Positions 43,576-53,687 of a DNA stretch of 64,000 bases are shown one piece after another. The stretch spans positions 832,001 through 896,000 of the forward strand of contig CAVOHZ010000010.1 in the NCBI GenBank assembly GCA_963695855.1. Reading direction: 5' to 3'. The notes under the pieces were generated by a model that saw nothing but the letters and a program-made list of their open reading frames with translations, ran no database searches and was not told where the DNA came from. A program made the position numbers and the translations under genes. This stretch comes from an uncultured Nitrososphaerales archaeon (GTDB lineage Archaea; Thermoproteota; Nitrososphaeria; Nitrososphaerales; Nitrososphaeraceae). Numbering within the stretch: the stretch's first letter is position 1; each line of letters begins with the position of its first letter.

Positions 43576-45422
43576 CTAACTTAAGTTACCAGTAAAAACA
43601 ATTATTGCGCCTCTTGACTCAAGAATGGGCAATAATATTATTGTTATTGCAGACCCTGCTTCCCATATTATTGCTATGTATACCCATATTATGTAAACAT
43701 ATAGAGAAAATGCGTATCCTGAAACATATAATGGTAATGCCCAAATAATAACAAGAATGAGGGTTAAAAAGAGCGCATATTTGTAGGTGAATCTTGCAGT
43801 ATTCTTTAAAAACTTTTCATTGCTGTCCTGTTCTATTATGTTTCTTTTCCTTTCGTCAGTAACAAAACTTCTTTGTTTGATTGTATTGAAATTGAGATTC
43901 TGTGGTTTTAATATCCTTATAGCTATAGAAATAATTCCGCCAGAGACAATTGACGTAATATTACCAATAAGAAGTGGTATATATTCTCAGGTCGAATGAA
44001 TTGAAATTTCTCCATAAATTGTGTAGGCAGTAAGTAACCAGGTACAAATTCCAAGGGATAGACCGGCTAGTGCGCCAGCAATTATGGCATTTTTATTTGT
44101 TTTTTTCCATACCAATGCTATAGATATTGGAATCACCGAAGATCCAATTATTATGCCCATAGTCAAGTACACATATTGAAGGCTCGATCCAATATGAAAG
44201 AGGACAGACACTAATACTCCAATTAAAACTCCAAACGCCATTATGGATATACGAGAAATTCTAATTAATTCTCTTCCTGAAGCTGATGGTTTTATATAGG
44301 TTCTGTAAATATCGTAAGTAGTTAACGACGATACTGCTATCATTTGTACTGATCCTGCAGATGTTACAGCAGTAAATACTGCAGTCAATATTAAGATTGC
44401 ACCTAGGTCACCTAATAATTCTGACGCTGCCGTTGGTGCTACCATCCCATATTCAATTTCCTGTGTTGTTAATGATATTCCTATTGAAATTGCAGCTAGA
44501 CCCAAGGAAGTAGCCAATGTAAACGGGATCGCAAACCATACCAAAACAACAATTAAAAAACCACGAATAGCAGACTTCGGCCTGGAGGCAATTGTTCTTT
44601 GTCAATAAGTCTGATCAATAAATACACTTACAAAATTTCCTACGATGTTAATTATACCAAAAGTTAACGCTCCAATCGTGGCTAATGTAAGATAAGACCC
44701 TTGAGCATTGCCTTCCACAGGATCAGTTAATGCTACCTGTGTTAATTTGTTATACATACCTTCAATACCACCGATCTCTGGATTAATAAAATATATTGAA
44801 ATAACAAAAATCAATACTACACAAAAAATAAATGCAGTATTCAGATAATCAGCAAAAAATGTGGCTTTCAATCCTCCAAAAATCCTATAAATAATTACTC
44901 CGATGGGAATCAAAAATGTTGCAATGGTCATATCGACTCCAGTCAAGGCATTAACCACTGCTGCCCCTCCAAGGATCAACATTGTAGTTATGATTATGTT
45001 GGTGATAAGAGCAAAAAAAAGAAACACTTTATGTGCTTTGTATCCAAACCTAGCAAAAATCATTCTAGGAGATGTGTGTGAATAAGGAGCTTTTCTTTTT
45101 AATTCGATTGCTAAAATAGCAAAAAGAACAACTTGAATACTTTCTCCTGCAGCATACCAGAATAAACCACCTATTCCAAATTCATATGTGACTGTCGAGG
45201 ATTGAAGTAATGTTGCAGCAAGTCCATGCCGATACTACCTATGAAGCAATTAATCCTGATTTAACATTTCTTCCGGCTGTTGAAAACGATTCAAAGGTTT
45301 TTTTGGTTCCAAGCCATTTTGTTTCAGCCTTGACTAAAACATTACTATTATCGCCATAGTTTTACCAACTCCAAGTAAAGTAAAGTAAAGTAACCAATCT
45401 CTTGGGTTAAGATCTCTTGCAT
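43576..45422 (-). pseudogene. DUR3-type urea active transporter (sodium:solute symporter family), multiply disrupted
   Basis: TAGRNVKSGLIAS, AATLLQSS, GGLKATFFADY, NIVGNF..VFIDQ.Y*QR and WFAIPF motifs; several frameshifts and nonsense codons. Confidence 0.9.
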
Positions 45423-45595
45423 TGTTATCAAATTAAAAGAGGAATTATTTAAGAATGATTTCCAACATCAATTGTAAATCTTCAAAATGCATTTTTAAAA
45501 AAATTTGAATAATTATCTCTTTTATATAAATAATATAAATATAATATGGTATTATTAAAATTAAAATATTCGTCTTACAATAAAATAGAGCATTA

Positions 45596-46141
45596 TTGAT
45601 AGTAGTAGATAAAGTTGATGAAGTTATATTGTCTGCCTTATCCAGAGATGCAAGACAAGATGTCAGAGAAATCTGGGAATTTCTTAGAGATCATGGATTC
45701 AATTTAACCGAAAGTGAAATTGAATCTAGAATTACGCGACTAGAAGACGATAAAGTAATTACGAGATATACTATATCAATTGACACGAAGAAAATTAATT
45801 CCCGTATAGTGAGATTTATTCTAGTTAAATTTAGAACCTCCCAACACCTTCCTAGTAGAATGGAGGGATTGAAAAAATATCTTTCTGATGCTCCGTTTGT
45901 TCTTTATTCAGGAAAAACTAGAGGGGGTTATGATTGGATTTGGATACAGGCATTTTTAACAGAAGAAATGGCTGACGAAGAAATGGACATGTATAGAAAT
46001 CTTTTCGGTGATATAATTCAAACATATGAAGTGTATGATTTTATTCCAACAAAAGAGCTTTCTCTTCAGGCATTATGTTATACTGATACGGAGTATAAAC
46101 ATTTTTTAGAAGAATGGTTACCCCCATTTTTAGGTAGATAA
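45596..46141 (+). CDS. Lrp/AsnC family transcription regulator
   Basis: DKVDEVIL.AL..DAR...RI..LE..VI..Y HTH followed by a RAM-like domain; divergent from the DUR3 pseudogene. Confidence 0.8.
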   Translation: MIVVDKVDEVILSALSRDARQDVREIWEFLRDHGFNLTESEIESRITRLEDDKVITRYTISIDTKKINSRIVRFILVKFRTSQHLPSRMEGLKKYLSDAPFVLYSGKTRGGYDWIWIQAFLTEEMADEEMDMYRNLFGDIIQTYEVYDFIPTKELSLQALCYTDTEYKHFLEEWLPPFLGR

Positions 46142-46168
46142 AAAAAAGAAATATATTTAATAATCTTT

Positions 46169-47050
46169 TTATATTTTTATTGCTTTTTTGCTATAATTCT
46201 TAAATCTTATTGTTTCATCTATTAACTCGTGAATTTTTAATCTTATTTCCATTAGAAAATTGATAATTTCAGTTCTATTCTCTGGTTCGATTGTTACTTC
46301 AACTTCCTCTATCAAATTGTCAATTCTAGCTAAACTTACCCTAAGTGATAATGATGCCTTTTTGGTGATTTTTAATGAATTGAAAAAGTAGCTATTGTTT
46401 CCATTCGATAGGTTCCTATTTTGTTCTTCGATATTCTCTTTAATTGCTCTTTTCATTTCTCTTAATTTTTTAACAGATATTTTATTTCTAATTATTTCTT
46501 CTAGGATCTCCGGATGACTATCAATTGGTATGGATGAAATTTCTATTGCCTTACTAACGTTTATCATGTTGTCGGATATTTTTTTCTTTATTTCATCAGG
46601 TAATTTAAGCAATTGAATTCTGTGAGAAACATATTCTTCGCTTTTTCCAATCTTTTTTGCTAGGTCGCACACTCCGCCCCAGCCAAAATCTATTACATAT
46701 TTTCTAAAAGCTTCTGCCTCTTCTATAGCATCCATCGTTTTTCTTTGAATATTTTCTGTTAACTGAATCTCAAAAGCCTGTTTGTCAGACATCTCTCGAA
46801 TTTTACAGGGAATAAAACGCCATCTCAGTGTCCTACATGCATGATATCTTCTATGGCCTGCTACAATTTCAAATCCATGGGACAACGGTCTAATAATGAT
46901 GGGTTGAAGTAAACCATACTCTCTAAGGCTCGATACCAATGTATCGTCTTCTTCCGAATATTTTTGAAATTTGTCCCTTACTGCAAAAGAGGACGGCCTA
47001 ATCATTTTCATTTCAATCTGCTCGATTATGCTTGTATCGACAAATTCCAC
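46169..47050 (-). CDS. ParB/Spo0J-like protein (no parA in window)
   Basis: GLLQPIIIR, IVAGHRR, ENIQR and HTH (LAKKIGKS..YVS) motifs. Confidence 0.9.
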   Translation of the reverse strand: MEFVDTSIIEQIEMKMIRPSSFAVRDKFQKYSEEDDTLVSSLREYGLLQPIIIRPLSHGFEIVAGHRRYHACRTLRWRFIPCKIREMSDKQAFEIQLTENIQRKTMDAIEEAEAFRKYVIDFGWGGVCDLAKKIGKSEEYVSHRIQLLKLPDEIKKKISDNMINVSKAIEISSIPIDSHPEILEEIIRNKISVKKLREMKRAIKENIEEQNRNLSNGNNSYFFNSLKITKKASLSLRVSLARIDNLIEEVEVTIEPENRTEIINFLMEIRLKIHELIDETIRFKNYSKKAIKI

Positions 47051-47188
47051 AATTATGAATTGTTGGTTGTATTTATATTGTTTTTTATTTTTCTCTTTTA
47101 AAATAAATAGAAATTATATGTTTTGTGGAAAAAATCAAATTTCCTATATAAAAGATTACTTTTTAGTGAATTTTCAACATGAAGAATG

Positions 47189-48079
47189 TCAATGTTCATG
47201 TCTGTGATCGTCCTTATGAACATGGAGATGAGAGTGTTTTTTATCTCCATGAAAATGTCTGTGACGTAATCCTTTAAGATATACGTAGAAGAGTGATATT
47301 CCAAATCCAGATGCACCGAACAAAACTATCGTTGCACCTGAAGGAGAATCAATATAAAAACTAGTATACATTCCTAAAAATGCAGTACTGATTCCTATAA
47401 TAGAAGATAAAAGTAACATCTTAAAAAAATTATTTGTAAGCAGTCTTGCAGAAGCAGCTGGTGCTATAATTGCAACAGCAAGAAGTGTAACGCCAATAGA
47501 ATTCATTGAAGATATAACTACAGATGCAAGAACAAGGGAAAATAAAATGTCTACGCGATCTGTATTTATACCATAAACTTTTGCAGTTTCATTATCAAAA
47601 ATAGTAAATAGTAGCCTTTTTTGAAAGAAGAAGATAAATACGATTGTAATAATTGTTACTACAGAAATTATCATAAAATCAAAGTCAGTTACAGCTAATA
47701 TGTTTCCAAATAACATAGCTTCGAAATTTTTAATTGGGCTGTGTCCTGTATTCATTAACAGAACTCCAGCTGCAAAACCAGCAGTAGTAACTATACCAAT
47801 TACCGCATCTGCTTTTATTTTATATCTTTTATTTATCTCTGTTATTGCTATTGCTGAAAGAAATCCCCATAAGGTTGCTCCAATATAAAAGTTAAGACCA
47901 ATTAGGTAGCTGCTCACAGCTCCTCCAAAAACAGCATGAGATAAACCATGTCCTATGTAGCTCATTCCTCTAAGAACAACGTACACCCCCAATAACCCAC
48001 AAATTGATCCTAACAATATAGACACAATAATCCCACGTGTAAAAAATTCATACTGGAAAGGCTGCAGTAAAAAATCCAT
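47189..48079 (-). CDS. Metal ABC transporter permease (ZnuB/MntB family) with His-rich C-tail
   Basis: GHGLSHA, LFGNILAV and PSGATIV motifs; tail HRHFHGDKKHSHLHVHKDDHRHEH. Confidence 0.9.
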   Translation of the reverse strand: MDFLLQPFQYEFFTRGIIVSILLGSICGLLGVYVVLRGMSYIGHGLSHAVFGGAVSSYLIGLNFYIGATLWGFLSAIAITEINKRYKIKADAVIGIVTTAGFAAGVLLMNTGHSPIKNFEAMLFGNILAVTDFDFMIISVVTIITIVFIFFFQKRLLFTIFDNETAKVYGINTDRVDILFSLVLASVVISSMNSIGVTLLAVAIIAPAASARLLTNNFFKMLLLSSIIGISTAFLGMYTSFYIDSPSGATIVLFGASGFGISLFYVYLKGLRHRHFHGDKKHSHLHVHKDDHRHEH

Positions 48080-48098
48080 TTATATTTTTCTCCTCACA

Positions 48099-48842
48099 CT
48101 AATTACTTTTTGTTATACCATAAGTTCTATGAATTACATTTTCAGACAATACGTTATTTGGATATCCTTGAGATATTAACTCTTTGTTCAAACATACTAC
48201 CCAGGGTAACTTCCTAGCCACACCATCAATATCGTGTGTAGTCATTATGATAGTAATTCCCTTATTGTTCAGCTCGGTTAATGTTTGTACAAGATTTTCC
48301 CTTGACATGGGATCTAGTCCAGAGGTCGGTTCATCTAAAATCAATATATCGGGATTATGAATCAAAGCTCTTGCTAAAAATGCACGTTTTTGTTCTCCTC
48401 CTGATAATTCTCTTATTTGTCTATCCGAATAAGCATCTAATTCGAGGTCATGCAGGATGGAATCTATATCTTCTTTTGTTCTACTATTTATCCATGGAAA
48501 ACAACCGGAGTTGTTCCAAATACCCATAGCTACTAATTCTCTTACTGTAACAGGAAAGTCCCATTCTACACTTTCGACCTGTGGAGAGTAGCCTATAGTA
48601 GGAAATGTAACCCCATTATGTTTTGAATTCTTTTCAAACATGATTGTTCCATTCCATGGTCGAATTAATCCTAAAATCAATTTCAGTAAAGTGGTCTTTC
48701 CTGCACCGCTAGGACCCAGTAAACCCACAAAACTACCTTTTAAAAAATCTAATGAAATGCCCTCGATTATTGGATCATGGAATTTATATCCAAATGATAA
48801 ATTTCTTATTGTTATTATACTAGGTATATTATTGGAAGCCAT
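48099..48842 (-). CDS. Metal ABC transporter ATPase (ZnuC family)
   Basis: GPSGAGKT, LSGGE, LDEPT and THD motifs. Confidence 0.9.
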   Translation of the reverse strand: MASNNIPSIITIRNLSFGYKFHDPIIEGISLDFLKGSFVGLLGPSGAGKTTLLKLILGLIRPWNGTIMFEKNSKHNGVTFPTIGYSPQVESVEWDFPVTVRELVAMGIWNNSGCFPWINSRTKEDIDSILHDLELDAYSDRQIRELSGGEQKRAFLARALIHNPDILILDEPTSGLDPMSRENLVQTLTELNNKGITIIMTTHDIDGVARKLPWVVCLNKELISQGYPNNVLSENVIHRTYGITKSN

Positions 48843-48922
48843 TTTCTAGGTTATGCCTTCTTTAACATCCAATCAGAATAACCTTTTACAGTTGTCAATT
48901 CTTTTATATCCCAGATTTCAAC

Positions 48923-49924
48923 CTACAGTAAGTCCTTTTCAGCGATTTGCTTTAAAGGCTCTATATTTCCTCCTAGAGGTAGTACCATATTTCTAATATT
49001 TTCCAACATCATTCCTATATACGAATGATTAGGATCTCCTTCTTTTCCAGGTAAATCATCATCACTCAGCGTTTCTACTATCGTTACATTAGCTTCTTTG
49101 GCTATCTGATCTATTATATTAGTAGGAAAAATTTCAGATGCAAATAATGCTGGAATATTCTCAGTACGAATTTGGTCGATCAATCTCGCAATATCTCGGG
49201 CAGAAGGTTCACCAAAGTCAGAAGGTTGTATTGTTCCAATTACAGTCATCCCGTACCTTGGAGCAAAATATGCCCAAGAATCGTGATATGTAAGCAATTT
49301 TCGGTTTTCTTGGGGTATTGTGTCCACAGATTTTCTTATACCCTCATCAAGTTCTTTAAGTAGTTCATTATATCTTTGATAATTTGAGATATAATATTTA
49401 GAATTGTTTGGGTCTAGCTCTATTAATTTATCCGTTGTGATATTTGCAAATTTCATGGCATATTCTACGTTCAACCATAGATGTGGATTAGGATCTCCTT
49501 TTTCTTTTGGAAAACTGAAATCGAAAATCCAGTCATCTTTTGTTACGGTGTTATCTGCTAGCTTTACCAATTGTATTTTGGGATTTTTTGCAATAATGTT
49601 TTTTGCAATATTCTCTATACTTGTTTCAAGATTCAGACCGTCTATGACTATGAGATCGGCATTGCCTATTTTTATTGCATCGGAAGGAACTGGTTCAAAT
49701 GTATGAGAATTTACACCTTCAGGAACCAGACCAACTAGGTTTATTCTTTCTCCGCCGATATTTTTCACAATGTCCGTTATCGGTGCAACTGATGTTACTA
49801 AATTCAATTTTTTCTTGCCTATATCTGAAACTTCTATTTGTTGGCCCAAAACATAGTTGGAAAAAATAAGAATGATCGAGATCAAATGAATAAAGGCAAT
49901 TCCAATACCTGATGATCTATTCAT
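48923..49924 (-). CDS. Metal ABC transporter substrate-binding protein (ZnuA/TroA cluster A-I)
   Basis: SHTFEP, PNPHLW, YHDSW and LSDD give a His3-Asp site. Confidence 0.9.
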   Translation of the reverse strand: MNRSSGIGIAFIHLISIILIFSNYVLGQQIEVSDIGKKKLNLVTSVAPITDIVKNIGGERINLVGLVPEGVNSHTFEPVPSDAIKIGNADLIVIDGLNLETSIENIAKNIIAKNPKIQLVKLADNTVTKDDWIFDFSFPKEKGDPNPHLWLNVEYAMKFANITTDKLIELDPNNSKYYISNYQRYNELLKELDEGIRKSVDTIPQENRKLLTYHDSWAYFAPRYGMTVIGTIQPSDFGEPSARDIARLIDQIRTENIPALFASEIFPTNIIDQIAKEANVTIVETLSDDDLPGKEGDPNHSYIGMMLENIRNMVLPLGGNIEPLKQIAEKDLL

Positions 49925-49946
49925 AAAAAAAATTTAATTGTGGCGA

Positions 49947-49974
49947 GTATTAAAAATTTGCTAAATAGTAATAC
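49947..49974. promoter_or_regulatory. Putative NikR operator GTATTA-N16-TAATAC
   Basis: Perfect half-site inverted repeat with a 16-nt spacer, 23-50 nt upstream of the SBP start; same architecture as the E. coli NikR box GTATGA-N16-TCATAC; nikR is adjacent. Confidence 0.75.
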
Positions 49975-49985
49975 TTTTTCATATT

Positions 49986-50119
49986 AAACCCATCTTAGAG
50001 AACAATTGAATGAAACTAAATTTATATTAAAAATACAACCGTGTTATTCATCAAACCCATCTTAGAGAACAATTGAATGAAACTAAATTTATATTAAAAA
50101 TACAACCGTGTTATTCATC
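49986..50119. repeat. Perfect 67-bp tandem duplication
   Basis: 49986-50052 is identical to 50053-50119. Confidence 0.95.
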
Positions 50120-50192
50120 ATATTAATAAATTTATACTCAGTTGTTACTCATTGATTTACTTTAAATGTATTCATATAGATCAATAATGTTT

Positions 50193-50645
50193 TTATTTAA
50201 TGCCAACATAATGCATCTTTATACTTTTTATACCTCTGTTCTCAGAGATAACTTTCATAAAACTTTTCATTCTTCTTATTTTTCCTCTTAGAATGATCGT
50301 TTCAAGACAATTATCGTGATCCAAGTGTAAATGTGTAGTGGTTACGATTACATCATTATATTCATGCTGACTCTTTATCGATTCTCTATCATTACCGAAG
50401 AGATGATTATCGTATAAAACTACTAATGCACCTGCGCCTTCTTGAACTTCTTTTTGTTCCCATTCATTATTATTAATAAATTCATAAAGTGCTTTTTGAA
50501 TTGCTTTTGATCTATCTGAAAACCCTGCATTATTCATGGATTTATCAAATTGATCAAGTAAAGTAGGAGATAATGAAATGCTAATTCTAGCAACCTGATC
50601 TTTCTTATTACCTTCTTTTTTGTTTTTGTGCAAGTTCTTACGCAA
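50193..50645 (-). CDS. nikR: Nickel-responsive transcription regulator
   Basis: RHH N-terminus RISISL...DRSKAI; Ni site QH...HLHLDHDNCLE. Confidence 0.9.
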   Translation of the reverse strand: MRKNLHKNKKEGNKKDQVARISISLSPTLLDQFDKSMNNAGFSDRSKAIQKALYEFINNNEWEQKEVQEGAGALVVLYDNHLFGNDRESIKSQHEYNDVIVTTTHLHLDHDNCLETIILRGKIRRMKSFMKVISENRGIKSIKMHYVGIK

Positions 50646-51076
50646 TTTTATAATAGATCGTATTTTTTATTCTTAAACCTATCTTTACATTAAATACCTT
50701 TATCTTGTCCAGTGAGATCAAGATAGATTTTAAGTTTAAAAATTTATTTTGCATAGTAAAAATCTATATTGTCTTTGGATTATCTTTACGTATTAAAGAG
50801 GTTATATATCAAAGAAGCACAACATATTTTTATATAATATCTTTAAATCTTCCTTGCAACTACGTAAGCTCATAACTACAAATTTTAATGAATTTTTCAT
50901 CTATATACATTTATTTCGATATTTTCCTGATCTTTTTATATTTTTATATTGATAAAGATATTCAGTAATCATAAATACTAAAAATGAATTATAATATGAT
51001 CTAAAAGTTTTTACTTTATTAATAAACAAAATTAAATTACAAATTAATAAAGAATACCTTGTGAAAATCTACCTAC

Positions 51077-52192
51077 ATGGGAGTAGCAGATTTTGTGTCC
51101 GGTAATCCGGGATTGGACTTCTTTTATATTCTGTTTAATGGAATTTCTGAAGTTCCACTCTTCAGTTCTCCGGTCACTGGTATCCTGATACTAATTGGAG
51201 TATTTATCGCGTCAAGAAATGCTGGAATAATGATGGTAATTTCTGGTCTAATAGGTGCAGGGATGGCTATATTGCTAGGCGCTCCATATGGACTTGTTGC
51301 ATTCGGTCTTTTTGGTTATAACTCTATACTCACTGGTATGGCTTTTTGGTCTGGACCTTTCGTTAAATCTAACAAGGCAACATTCTTCATATCGATATTT
51401 GGTGCAGCTGTTACGGCAGTAGTCTGGAATGCAATGGGTCATCTGATGGGAGACATGTTTGTTCTACATGGTTTAGCTGAATCTTGGGCAATTCCTGGCT
51501 TTACGTCATCATTCATCTTTACGACTTGGACAATAATGTATGCCACTAAAAGATTTGGACATGATATTTGGCCTGAACCGGCACCCGCGGCACATGAACA
51601 GTTGATAAAAGGTAGTGGAAACCCCGTTCTGGTGCAGGAAGAGAATTTCATATGGACAGCAGGAGAATTTATAAAATCAACGTTAAAAGGTGTTTCCCAG
51701 GTTACATTTGTAGAAAACTGGAAGACTGGAATCTTTTGGGTGGTTGGCCTTACGTTAGCGTTTGAATTGGCACCATTTATAACTGGCCAAGATAGACCTT
51801 GGTGGACAAATGGGTACACCGCACAATGGAATGAATTTTCTCCGCTTTATTTGGGTGGCTTGATGGCGCTTGTTGGTTCTGCAGTTGGAGCTGGAATGGC
51901 AATATTGACAAAATTGCCAACAGGCGAGATAAGAGCAGGTCTACATGGGTTTAACCAAGTATTGGTAATGATTGCTCTCACCAGTTTTCTGCCTCTTACG
52001 CCACAATCTTTCTTTATTGCATTACTTGCCACAGTATCCTGCGGTTTTGTGATGCCGGCGATGCAACGATTCTTTGGAATGTGGGGATTACCAGCATTAA
52101 CAGGTCCGTTCGTTTTCACTGCATGGGTGTTCTTACTAGCGATATCTGGTTTCTCAAATATACCTGCTGGTATCGGCTGGTCACGACCATAG
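51077..52192 (+). CDS. Urea transporter (UT/Utp channel family)
   Basis: Internal twofold repeat GISEV/GVSQV, GLFGYN/GLHGFN and PGFTSSF/LPALTGPF. Confidence 0.9.
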   Translation: MGVADFVSGNPGLDFFYILFNGISEVPLFSSPVTGILILIGVFIASRNAGIMMVISGLIGAGMAILLGAPYGLVAFGLFGYNSILTGMAFWSGPFVKSNKATFFISIFGAAVTAVVWNAMGHLMGDMFVLHGLAESWAIPGFTSSFIFTTWTIMYATKRFGHDIWPEPAPAAHEQLIKGSGNPVLVQEENFIWTAGEFIKSTLKGVSQVTFVENWKTGIFWVVGLTLAFELAPFITGQDRPWWTNGYTAQWNEFSPLYLGGLMALVGSAVGAGMAILTKLPTGEIRAGLHGFNQVLVMIALTSFLPLTPQSFFIALLATVSCGFVMPAMQRFFGMWGLPALTGPFVFTAWVFLLAISGFSNIPAGIGWSRP

Positions 52193-52229
52193 ATCCGAGA
52201 AATTCCATTTTCTTTATTTTATTTTTTAA

Positions 52230-52820
52230 GTGAAAAAAATGAACATACAGGAATTTAATCAATTTTTGAAAATTACAAGGGAAGGAAGAGAGAATTCTGA
52301 TATCCAAAAAATCAAGATGTTTATAAATTGGTGCAATAAAAACAACTACGAAGAAATAATTCTAAGACTTAGTTCCGAGAAAGATGCAGGTTTAGGAGAT
52401 AACCGCATAATAGACTTTACTACAAAACGAATTATTATTACCAAAAAAAGTTTTATGAAAAAATTTCTTGATATTGGTTATGTAGCTGGGATGGGTCCAT
52501 TTCCATACATAATATTATCCGAAAAAAAATACACATCAAAAATAAAGGATTCAGCAAAAGTAGACGTCAGAAAAATTATGAACAAATCAGATTCAGAATA
52601 TTCGATAGATTATGATTTAGTAAATGAAGTTATTGTAAGCCAAGGCTCTAGTTCTGTTGTTAGAAATATGTTTGGCTCATTTATAACAAAAAATTACTTG
52701 ACTATAATTGCGGATCAGAGAAGGTATGAGTATATTTTGCCAGCTAAGAAGAATGGTGATTTTTATAGAATGACTCATTGGCTTCAGGTTCTTCCAGTAA
52801 AGGTTTCAGTCGTATATTGA
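52230..52820 (+). CDS. Hypothetical protein between the urea channel and ureA
   Basis: 196-aa ORF with GTG start; family not recognised. Confidence 0.6.
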   Translation: MKKMNIQEFNQFLKITREGRENSDIQKIKMFINWCNKNNYEEIILRLSSEKDAGLGDNRIIDFTTKRIIITKKSFMKKFLDIGYVAGMGPFPYIILSEKKYTSKIKDSAKVDVRKIMNKSDSEYSIDYDLVNEVIVSQGSSSVVRNMFGSFITKNYLTIIADQRRYEYILPAKKNGDFYRMTHWLQVLPVKVSVVY

Positions 52821-52822
52821 TC

Positions 52823-52858
52823 TTAGCCGACGTCGGCAAAAATTACTTTTATATAAAT
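52823..52858 (+). promoter_or_regulatory. GC-rich palindrome upstream of the TATA box of ureA
   Basis: Perfect GCCGACGTCGGC (52826-52837) followed by TTTATATA (52848-52855). Confidence 0.55.
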
Positions 52859-52917
52859 TAATTCTTTCAAATTTAAAATATTTCAAATTCACTAGTATCA
52901 TAAGGTGAATTGTAGAT

Positions 52918-53220
52918 ATGATGTTAGTTCCACGTGAAGTGGATAAAATGATGATTTGGACCGCAGCGCAAATTGCTGAAGGCCGTAAAAAAAGGGGAAT
53001 AAAACTCAATCATCCGGAAACTGTTGCATATATAGCGAACTATGTAGTTGAGGGCGCAAGAGAAGGAAAAAGTGTGGCAGAATTAATGAAATCTGCTAGG
53101 GAGGTTCTAACAAGGAATGATGTTATGGAAGGGGTACCAGAACTGATTCATACTGTTCAGGTTGAAGCTACTTTTCCAGATGGTACCAAGTTAGTTACCG
53201 TTCATGATCCAGTTCAATAG
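52918..53220 (+). CDS. ureA: Urease gamma subunit
   Basis: GIKLNHPE and [18 protein letters not shown] motifs. Confidence 0.97.
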   Translation: MMLVPREVDKMMIWTAAQIAEGRKKRGIKLNHPETVAYIANYVVEGAREGKSVAELMKSAREVLTRNDVMEGVPELIHTVQVEATFPDGTKLVTVHDPVQ

Positions 53221-53290
53221 GAGTGAAAAAAATGGTTAGAAATTTTGAAAAAAATATAATAAAGAAAAGTAAGGAGGCTTTTAAATCGAA

Positions 53291-53665
53291 ATGATTCCAG
53301 GCGAGTATATTTTGTCTTCGGAGCCTGTAATCTGTAATCCAAATTATAAAACTGTCAAGGTTACTGTGAAGAATACTGGTGATAGGGCATGCCAGATAGG
53401 ATCTCATACACACTTTTTTGAAGTAAATAGGGCTCTAGATTTTCCAAGAGAACAAACATATGGATACAGATTAAACATACCTGCTGGCACTTCAATTAGA
53501 TTTGAACCGGGTGATTCACGAGAAGTAGAGTTATGTGAATTGGGTGGAAAACGAATTATATATGGATTTAACGGTCTGACGATGGGGGGTCTCAATTCCT
53601 CTGTGATAAAAGATGCTGCCATGGAAAAAGCGACGAAACTTGGGTACCGTGGGATGAGCAAATAA
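53291..53665 (+). CDS. ureB: Urease beta subunit
   Basis: MIPGE, NTGDR..QIGSH.HFFEVN and IPAGTSIRFEPG motifs. Confidence 0.97.
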   Translation: MIPGEYILSSEPVICNPNYKTVKVTVKNTGDRACQIGSHTHFFEVNRALDFPREQTYGYRLNIPAGTSIRFEPGDSREVELCELGGKRIIYGFNGLTMGGLNSSVIKDAAMEKATKLGYRGMSK

Positions 53666-53687
53666 AACTCAAGGAGCATGAATTAAA

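Noticed and set aside
45375-45393. GTAAA repeat as a phase-variation switch for DUR3
   Set aside because: Several additional irreversible lesions lie downstream
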